From Lama guanicoe (taxonomy: Eukaryota): DNA of 64,000 bases. The stretch is taken from contig MU053376.1 of assembly GCA_013239625.1 (NCBI GenBank), forward strand, positions 1,264,833 to 1,328,832, read 5' to 3'. Under the pieces are notes generated by a model. The model was not told the DNA's origin and made no database searches. It worked only from the letters and a program-made list of their open reading frames with translations. A program made the position numbers and the translations under genes. Positions 49,601 through 64,000 of this stretch are shown here, piece by piece. Numbering within the stretch: the stretch's first letter is position 1; every line of letters begins with the position of its first letter.

Positions 49601-51559
49601 GAAGAGGGGAGTGATGTCATCAGAAAGCAGCTGAGAAAGTTAGGTCCCGCAGCCTTGGTGGCAATTGGATAGGAGGTTAGGTATTCTGCCCATTTAGCAG
49701 ACAAGGAAACCGAGGCGTGGGTGTCTTCCCAGGTCCCAGTGCTAGTAGGTGGGAGAGCTGGGGTTTCTTCCATGACTCCAAACTGCAGAGAATTTTGGAG
49801 AGCAGGTCTGGACAGCACGTGACCCTCACCGGGGGACGTTTGCATCAGGTAGGACACTGTGGGGGCTAGTGGTGCGTTTGTCCAAGGATAGGGGCGACCC
49901 TGAGCCCCAGACGCTTTGCCTCCTGCAGGTTAGTCCAGCTGGCTCCTGGAAGGCCTCCCCTGCCTGCTTCCTGCTTTCCAAACAGAGGCTGTGGGAGTCT
50001 TTTCTGAGCTCTGTCCCTGTGTCCAGGGCATCTGTTCATTGGCAGGGTGACTGCAGGCCTACCTGTCCCCTCGATTCTGGCCACCCAGAGGCTGACAGCC
50101 TCTGTCATCCAGGCCGGAGCTCGCGGAGTGAGGCGGGCGGTGAGGGCTGGCGGGCTTCTGCCGCTGCCGCTGCCTCTCAGCTCCAGGCAGCCGTGGGGTG
50201 ACTGGCCTCCCCCGAGGTTTGTCGCAAGCTCGGGAAACTAAAGCCTCAAGCGGGTGCGTGGCAGGATCAGTGAGAGGATGAAGGAAGAGATGGTATCTGC
50301 CGGCTCCCTGCAGGCACAGCTCTACTGGGAGGAGGGCGTGTCTGATGCCTTAGCTCCTGACGTCTGCAGACTTGGTCAGCCATGGCCTCTAGTTCTTTTG
50401 AAACCTGCCCAAAGGCCCAAAGTGACTGAGGGACTGAGGTGGGGTGGGAAGTGGGCAGCCCAGAGTGTCATAAGGATCCTAGCTGGTGGTCACCTTTGGA
50501 ACCAAGGGTCCAATTCTGGGCTTCAGAAAGTGGGCAGTTGGAAGTTACATCCTTCATCCCCGTCCCTGGGCCCACAGAGACTGAGTCGGAAAAGAAAACA
50601 AAACGAAACAAGAAGAGGGACTCAGAAAAGCATCTCACGTGTGCCTGGAACGTGGTCAGTGCTCCACGTCTGGTGAACTAGACAGCCAGGCCTGCTGTGT
50701 GTCACCAGCACTGGGGATCAAAGTGCCCCTGGTGAGGGAGACACGAAAAAGTCCTCCCTGTGGTCCCGTCGGATTATGCACATTCACGGAGTGTGCCTGT
50801 CAGAGGGGCACCCCGTGGTCCTGGGGGGTCCGGGAAGCTTCTGAAGAGCCGGGACCTGAGCTGCCTGCAGGTGTGGCGGGGGAGTGGGGAGAGCAGAGCC
50901 AGAGAGGCAAGGGGCGGGTCTGGAAGGACCTTGAGTGCAGGCTGTGAATTGGGGCTTTTTTCAAGAGGAAAGCAAAGGGGCTCCTCATCAGGGTTTCCTG
51001 AGGAGTCTCAGAGCCTGGCTCCCTGGAGGTTAAGAAGCGAAGCCGCCCCCTGCCCTCTGCACCAGGCTGCAGCCAGACTTCTGTGCGGGGGGCGCTCTGC
51101 CAGCCTCCTCCTCTGCCTCCGTGGTCTCCTGATCGGGGCCACCCAGGTATCCCAGCAGGCTGGTGTCAGTTACGGGGCCGGGCAGAGGTTGTCCTGGGAG
51201 CGGGGGGCAGCAGGCTGTCTCTGGAGCCTTGCTGGCCTGCCCCGTGGATGAGAGTGGTCAGCCAGGAGGCTGAGGTCCCCTGCCCCACGTGGCCCTGCCG
51301 AGTTTTGTCAGTCTGAGTGGGGAGCCCCTTCCTGCCTGGCGTTTCCCTCTCAGTCTGATGGCTCAGGCCTGTCAATTGCCGACCATGCTCCCTGCTTCCT
51401 GTTCCTCTTCATCCCAGGGTCTCAGAGCGCCTGATGGGCTGCGGGGAAGTCTGTGAGGGAGGTGTTTGCTGAGCTTTATATGGGCCTCTTTTCTGGCACA
51501 TTTTTACGTCTGTGCAGGAAGTTGCAAGAATAAAAGGAGAAAAGAGAGCTAACATTTTC

Positions 51560-52360
51560 TGGGTGTCTGCCTTGTATCAGCTCCCTCAGCATCCCCACTC
51601 AGACATCCATTGGACGTCACACTGGTGCCCAAACCCCACTCCCAGTCTTCCCACCCGAACCTCCTCGCCTGACATCCCTCATCCCCACAGTGGTCACCCA
51701 TCCTTCCAGTTCCTTGGGCCAAACCCTTCAGTGTCGTGCTGGACTCCTTTCTCACACCCCCTATAGAATCTGTCTACAAATCCTTTTGGCCCCACCTCCA
51801 CTGCTCCATGCTGGCCCCAGCCGCCACCTCCTGACTTGGCTCCCTGCTGCCCCCTTGCTGCAGCCAAATCCCAAGTTACCCCAACATGATCTGCTCTCCT
51901 TGGTGTTCCCCTGTGACCTCCTCTCCAGCCACACTGCTGTTCCCAGACCATAACCACACTCACTTCTGCCTCAGGACCTTTGCATCTGCTGTTCCCTTGC
52001 TGACCTGCTTCTGCCAGATTCTGTATGACTAGCTTCCTCCCCTGTGCCTACTCAGAATTTTTCCTAGAAGATGTCACCTTCTCAGGGAGGACTTCCTGAC
52101 CACCCCCATTTAAAATGGCAACACCCCACCTCTCACACCCCACCCCTCTTCCCTGTTTTATTTTTCTACATTGCACTTGTCACCATCGAACATACTGTGT
52201 ATTTTACTTAGTTATTTTGTTGTCTGTGTTGCCTCTCCCCACCCCCATTAGAATGTCAGTACCATGAGGGCAGGATTAATGTGTGTTTTGTTCACAAGTG
52301 GATCCTCAGGGTCAGAAACAGTGTTTGACACGTAGAATCTGTTCAGTAAATAACTGTCGA
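51560..52360. mobile_element. L2 3' region
   Basis: CTGCCTCAGGACCTTTGCATCTGCTGTTCCC...TAGAATGTCAGTACCATGAGGGCAGG...CAGTAAATAACTG. Confidence 0.7.
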
Positions 52361-54142
52361 AAGAAAGACTCGAGCCGAAGCCACCTGTGATGGTGTCACT
52401 TAATCACCACCATCATCCTGCTAGTGGTAGCACCGGGATTTGAACCTGGGTTGTCTGGCTTTAATTCAGGGTGGGGATGGAGGAGACCGGGAAGGTAGAA
52501 ACAGCACTGACAGCCTAAGCCACAGGGAGGGCCGGGGTTGGGGGAGTTCCAGTTAGGAGAAGAAAGGAGCAACGTGGTCACTGAGTCTGCGTGCTTGGCA
52601 ACAACCAGGAAATTGCTGCCTGATTCTGAGCAAGTCAGTTCCCCTCTCGGAGCCGCATTGTCCTCCCCGGGCCGGCGAGGGATTAGAATGGTGGCTCTGT
52701 ACGTGCTCTCTCCAGGAGTCCAGCCCCTTCTCGCTGGGCGCACGGTGGCCTCCGGGCAAGTGTCAGTTTCCTCCCAGCCTGGCTCCTCCTTACTCCTGTG
52801 CCACCCGCTCTCTGGCACCAGCAGGAAGTGCTGGGCTGGCTGGTGTGTACCCAGGAGGAAGTGATGGAAGGTGGGCTGAGAACTGTATGGACTCACCTGG
52901 GCAGGAGGGAAGGCCTGGCTGGGGGTCTGTCTGCCCACCCCCGCCGCTCCCGAGGGGTGCTGCTCCTCCAGTGTCCCCCATCCCACCCGGCCAGGCCAGC
53001 CTCCTCGAACACTGTCTCCCTCTTCCCCTGGCACCAGTTGCACGGGGACAGCCCCAGATGGCTCCCTGGCCCTGGGGACAAAGGCCACACTGTGCCCAGG
53101 CCCTGGGCTGGCCTCAGGCTGGGTGACACTGAGCCCTTCTGTCCCCAGATAGGGGTGAGGGGCAGACAGCACCAAGGTAACAAGCCTTTTTCCTGTCTCC
53201 CTTCCCCCTTGACCCCCAAATCTGAGGAGCTGACTCTCCCAAGAAGGAAGTGACAGAGGCATCTTGTGTCCTGACCTCGGGAACAACAGACCATTCACCG
53301 CCCCGTCTGCCCTGTCACACCCAGACCCTGCCGGGCCCAATGCCCCGATTGTCCCCATCAGAGCATGGCGTCCACCGCTGCTGCCTGCTCCCCTGCCACC
53401 ATCAGGAAATCCATCTCTACATCTGACCACCATTGCTCCTGCTCCAGTGACAGCCACTTCCTCTTGGTCTCTTCTCAGGCTGGGTGGAGAACAGCTGGTC
53501 CCCATCATTTCACTTGGCCCCACATTCCTGCTCAAGTCAGCTGTCCCCAGTTTCACCCGGGCTTCCTGGCCCCACTGGAGGCTCTTTGCTCCTAACTGAA
53601 CCGTGAGGAGGGCGGGTGCAATTCAGGCAGGTTCTCCTTTGTCTCGTAGAAATTGAGGGCTTCCCTCCCAGAAGGCTTTTGATGTGCTCCCCCCACCCCC
53701 ACTCCCCTGCAGGAAGGCGCAAAGACGGGAGATTTACGGCAGCTACTGGTGGATTCCTGAGCCACAAAGCCAACGCGCCATCCCGTAAGCCCAGACTGCA
53801 GGACGGCTTTACGGGGAGCCCTGTTTTTAGAAGAGGGCGTGACTGGCCCTCAGACCTCAGGGAACCAAGTGCCTGGTGCCCCCACACCCTGCATGACCAT
53901 GACAGCCCAGGGCATCAGTCTGTGCAGGCCAAACATTTTCTCCTCTTCCGGGGAGAGGGGGTGGTCCTCCTGCATTGCCTCCACCTTCCTGTGTCTCCCA
54001 GCTCCGAAGAGTCCCCATCTCAGCACAGTAGGGCAATCTGGAAACCTGGGCAGGTAACCATCCCTTACCTGGACCTTAGATGCTCCCCAGCTGTGGCTTC
54101 AATGTTCAGATCACTGGGGATGCTTTTTAAAAAATCATTTTC

Positions 54143-55012
54143 TTGCTCAACATCTTTAATCATCAGAGAAATGCAAATTTAAACCACAGTAGAAATCACC
54201 TCATACCTGTCAGAATGGCTATTATGAAAAAGAACCCAAATAACAAATGTTGGTGAGGATGTGGAGAAAGGGAAACCCTCCTACACTGCCGGTGGGAATG
54301 TAAGTTGGTGCAGCCACTGTGGAAAACAGTTTGGAGGTTTCTCAGAAAACTAAAAATAGAACCACCACATGACCCAGCAGTTCCACTCCTGGGTATGTAC
54401 ATATATCTGAGAAAAATGAAAACACTAATTTGAAAAGATACGTGTACCCGCAATGTTCATAGCAGCATTATATGTAATTGCCAAGATATGGAAGCAACCT
54501 GTGTCCATCAACAGATGAATGGATAAAGAAGATGTGGTGTGTATATATATATACACAATGGTATACTACCTAGCCATTAAAAAAAAAGAAACGAAATTTT
54601 GCCATTTGCAACAATGTGGATGGACTTGGAAGGTATTAATGCTAAGCGAAAGAAGTCAGAGAAATAGAAATAGCGTATGACATCACTTATGTGTGGAATC
54701 TAAAAAATAAAACAAACTAGTGAATGCAACAAAAAAGAAAAAGACTCACAGATACAGAAAACAAACTAGTGATTACCAGTGGGGAGAGAGAAGGGAGGAG
54801 GGGGAGGGTGGGGTTGGGGAATTAAGAGGTGCAGGCTGTTATGTCTAAAATAAACAAGCTACGAGGATGTATTGTACAGCACAGGGAATACAGCTAACAT
54901 TTTGTAATAACTACAAATGGAGTATAACCTTTAGAAATTTTGACTCACTCTGTTGTGTACCTGCAACATGTAATTGTACATCAACTCTACGTCAACTAAA
55001 AAAAAAAAAAAA
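54143..55012 (+). mobile_element. 5'-truncated LINE-1 (ORF2 3' end + 3' UTR + poly-A)
   Basis: Typical L1 3' sequence (ATCAGAGAAATGCAAA, CAGCCACTGTGGAAAACAGT, GATGAATGGATAAAGAAGATGTGG); poly-A near 54997-55012; degenerate TSD AAAT(G)CATTTTC. Confidence 0.9.
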
Positions 55013-55093
55013 GATAAATGCATTTTCCAGGCACCATCCTCAGAGCTTCAGGTCCAGAAACTGAAGAGTGAGACCCAGAAGTCTGAATTTTTT

Positions 55094-55889
55094 AATGGTG
55101 CTGCAATATTTTGCTTATTCTGTCCGTTAATAAGTGCTATCTGAGAATATCTATACTATTAATGGAACAAACTAAAATGAAGTTCAATTTCCTTTTTTTT
55201 TTAACATTTCAATACTGGATATTCATTAGAAAGATGGTCAACATAATTATGGTCAAAATTTTTAAGTCAAAAACGTAGAATGAATGTTTGGTGTTAGTCT
55301 ATATACAGTTCAGTTTTTGGTGTAAAGTTCTTTGGCTGCAAGAAAACATTTGGGTTACTTGTACTAAGGGGAGCATCTCTCAGTGCTGGGATGGCCTCTT
55401 GGTATCTCTTCTGCTGTTGACTTTAGCACAGTTATCTGTGACTGTAGTATTGGGACTGAGTGGAGAGGTCCTCACCACGTTTACTCCAAGTAAGAGTAAA
55501 TAACCAGTTACTATAGTAACGAGGAGGTACACGGGCAGTGCAACTGCCCAATATTTTTGAGGCCAGTAGGTTAAGCCTAAGGAGTTTAGCCAAGATTCGG
55601 GAATAAAAGCCCACACGAGATATAATATGAAGCCACATTGGGAGCTTAAGAAAAGAACAAAGCCATAGATTGCTCTTTCTGGAAATGATGGACGGTGAAT
55701 TTTCCATTTTCCCTGGGGCTTCAGATAAGCTCTGAAGGCTTCGAATCCATGCAGAAAAGGATGGGCAAACAGGGCGCCCGGGCCTGGGTGCCTGGGGCCG
55801 TTCCCTGCTCTTTTTTGGGGTTTTCTGTTTCTCATTCGAGACGGGGGTTGGGGGTTGGGGGATAGCTCTTGACCTTGGGTCCTCCATGC
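55094..55889 (-). pseudogene. PIGP: Processed PIGP retrocopy (GPI-GlcNAc transferase subunit P), antisense in CDK18 intron 1
   Basis: Intronless. Minus strand reads [13 protein letters not shown] (ATG at 55707), then after a frameshift [54 protein letters not shown]...TDNCAK. Further shifted fragments [15 protein letters not shown] and LAAKELYTKN-stop follow (TGA ends at 55310). An AT-rich 3' UTR, a short A tail and a degenerate TSD (55073-55093 / 55890-55908) flank it. Confidence 0.92.
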
Positions 55890-58079
55890 ACCCAGGAGTT
55901 GATTTTTTCCAACACTCCCTGGTGATTCTGATGTTCAGCCAACCTGTAAACAGTTGATCCGTGCAATGCAGGCACCTCCACTGTCGTGTCGTGTGGGAAA
56001 TGGGAGTCAGCAGGCAGGGCGTGTCTAGGTCCTCTTGTCATTGGAACCCACAGGCCGCCGCCACCACCACCACAAAGCCCCCATCGTGGGGCCACTGCAG
56101 ACTGCACACAAGAGTGTGAGGTGGGTGGCAGCCCTCTGGGAGCGTCCTGTCTGTGAGAATCCTGCAGACGGTTGGCTCAGGACATCTCATGGAGCCAGGA
56201 GGAGCAGCTGAGATTGTCTGGAAGGAATGAGCTCCAGGATGGAGAAGGAGGAAAGCCCCAGACTGGCAGGCTTGGCAAGGAAGCTGGAAGAAGGGCTCTT
56301 GGCTACCTTCTCATCAGGGGTGGCCTCACAGCCCCCGGGTTCCTGGAGAAGAGGCACCAGGCTTTACTCACCACTGTAACCCCAGTGGCTAGCGCAGAGC
56401 CCGTGGCGGCGCCGGTACTCAGTGATCGCTGGTTGAGCTGAGCTGAGGGAGACTTCCGGGCCCACTGACAAAGGTAGACTGGGCTGGCAGTGCAGACCCG
56501 GGGACAGACTTTGGTGTAGAAATCCAGGAGCCACGGCTGAATCCTTTAAAAATCAAATACAGAGAAATACAGTCTCCTTCCTCAGAGAGCCTGGCCGTAC
56601 CCAGTCTCTGGGCACAGGGGAGCTAGAGGACCATAACTTAGATGCATTTGGAGGCAGCCGGGAACCTGCAGGCCCACGGAAAGAACGCTTTCCAGGCCGG
56701 CTGAAGACAGAAGGATGTGATCATTAAGCAAAGTAAACATGTTACTGACCCATAATCCCTTAAACCAGGAGGATTCAGGAGGGGCCTGGTTGCCTTGGCA
56801 ACTGAACACTGGCCAGTGACAGTGCTGAGAGCATCCTCTGGGAATGGGCTGAGCTGGGAGAGGGTGCGAGGTGGCCCCCTCCTGTCACAGGGCTGGTCTG
56901 ATGGCTTCGTGGCAGGCGTGGGTGGGGGTCCTTGTGAGGCCTTTTGGTCCCAGCCGCACTGTAACTGAGGGAGAAGTGGGCAGAGCAGAATGTGGGGGCG
57001 GCCACACTGGGAGCTTATGAAACCATGGAGGGGAGGGGCGGGGAGGCGTGACAGCCCCCGCTCTGGGTTTTCAGGGCAGATCAGAGGGGGAAGGATCTGC
57101 GGGAAGGAGCAGTTGCATAAGGCTCCCTGGCAGGCCGGCCGGGTGTCCCCTCACTCAGAGGACAAGAGAGCTGAGGAGCTGCTGGGGGCCGCCCCTTCTG
57201 GCTGGGGCAGGGGGCCTGGGGGTGAGCAGAGCAGCCTGCCCCCTCCCCCCATCGTGTTGCCTGCAGGGACACGCTGCCTGCTGTGGCACTGGAGGGGCCA
57301 GCCGTGCTCAGCCTCCCCTCCCTGGGGCCCTGCCTATTTCCGGTAAACTTCTGTGTTTCCCTTGAGACATTCAGCTGCTCCTGACCTCCCGTATTTCAGC
57401 TGGAGAGATGGAGCTGGGTCAGCTGAGATGCACACGTTCCCTCCTTCATCCCTTTCCTCTCTTTTTCTGACTCCTGGGGACCCAGGACGAGCCAGAGAGG
57501 GACCCCCCGGTGTCAATATCAGGATGAAATGGGATTTGGACCAGACTGTGTCACAAGGCGGTAGGCTAAGCTGATGTTCAGCTTACAGGCATCAATCATT
57601 AAGACTTACCGGCTGTTGACAAATTCAGGCTTTTCCGTGCAAGTTGGTAAAGAGCTGCTGGCCTGAGGGCCACCGGGTTCTGGTGCCTCCTTCCAGAATT
57701 CTCTAGACCTCCAGCAGCTTAAAGGTTCCTGCCTGGCCCTGGGGAGACCTGCAGGAACCTACTGGCACTTCATGCCATTATTATGAGCAGTACTTTGCTG
57801 GGCTGCTTGGTACACATTATTACTATCTCCCCAGGGACGAATCCTTGAAGGGATGAGATTCACAGGGAGGAAGAGGGTAGGATGACTGCCTCTCTGAGAG
57901 CTTGAAGTTTACTGGGGAAGGTGCAACCCTGGCCTGCGGGTGCAGGGTGACAGCTTGATGGGAAGACAAGAGACCACGACCCAGAATTCACATTTGGTTT
58001 CGACCGGACCCTGTCGCCCTGTTGTCACTTGCTCTTCTGACTTCTGCCTTAGGACCCGGCTGCCTGGTCCCTGCTGATC

Positions 58080-63679
<5,600 letters not shown>

Positions 63680-64000
63680 GTGAGTGTGCTCCGCCCCGGC
63701 CAGGGACAGGCAGTCAGAGAGCTGAAGCCCCAGGACCCCACCCAGCCCTCAGTCCCAACCTACGTGTGTGCTCACGGACTCACAAGCCTGAGCCGTGTCC
63801 CCCTGTGCCCTCCACCTGCAAGGCCTCAGACTTCAGAGTGGGCGCACTCCGAATGCAAACCCCAGTTCAAACCCTGGCTGTGTAGCTTTGGGCAAGTTAC
63901 AGAGCTTTTCTGTGCCTCAGTTTCCTCAACTGCAAGTAGAATTAAACATTTTGTAAGCTGGTTGTGAGGATAAACTGAGGTTATGAAACACTTTAGAAGG

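Larger units (their letters stand above)
54088..55955. mobile_element. MER5-like hAT-Charlie element split into three pieces (~54088-54142, ~55016-55093, ~55890-55955)
   Basis: The rejoined pieces read ...GATCACTGGGGATGCTTTTTAAAAAAT/GCATTTTCCAGGCACCATCCTCAGAG...ACCCAGAAGTCTGAATTTTTT/CCAACACTCCCTGGTGATTCTGATG, which matches the MER5 layout. Confidence 0.6.

Noticed and set aside
52396..53556. Longest ORF in the track (386 aa, minus strand)
   Set aside because: No recognisable domain, Pro/Gly/Arg-rich composition typical of GC-rich non-coding DNA, starts at a non-ATG codon, and its 3' end runs through a MIR-like repeat.
55310..55707. Functional parental PIGP gene
   Set aside because: Intronless, carries multiple frameshifts, and has an A tail and TSD, so it is a retrocopy.

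Overview
Mammalian genomic DNA, GC-rich and repeat-dense. It is most likely camelid, judged from the tRNA-derived SINE family present. The window contains the 5' part of CDK18 (PCTAIRE-3) on the + strand: a CpG-island promoter with a non-coding first exon near 40.7-40.84 kb, a ~17 kb first intron, and 12 coding exons from 58080 to 63679. These exons splice GT-AG into an uninterrupted 404-codon frame, and the gene continues past the window end. Intron 1 carries an antisense processed PIGP retrocopy with several frameshifts, inserted into a MER5-like element next to an L1 fragment. The upstream 40 kb is intergenic and holds L1, L2, L3, MIR, MaLR and LTR16 remnants, hAT DNA transposons, young SINEs with target-site duplications (TSDs), and an intact MER41-like solo LTR carrying a palindromic STAT/GAS site. 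Almost all ORFs in the supplied track are spurious. No prokaryote-type system (CRISPR, rRNA, operon) is present, and I found no evidence of a wholly new biological system. The most notable oddities are: a 44-bp intronic copy that now forms a CDK18 splice-acceptor region; an in-frame MIR-derived alternative donor; a chimeric open frame in the PIGP retrocopy; the GAS-bearing LTR; oriented CTCF sites; and dense ZEB-type and RFX/NF-Y motif clusters. Repeat family names come from visual recognition and need RepeatMasker/Dfam confirmation.
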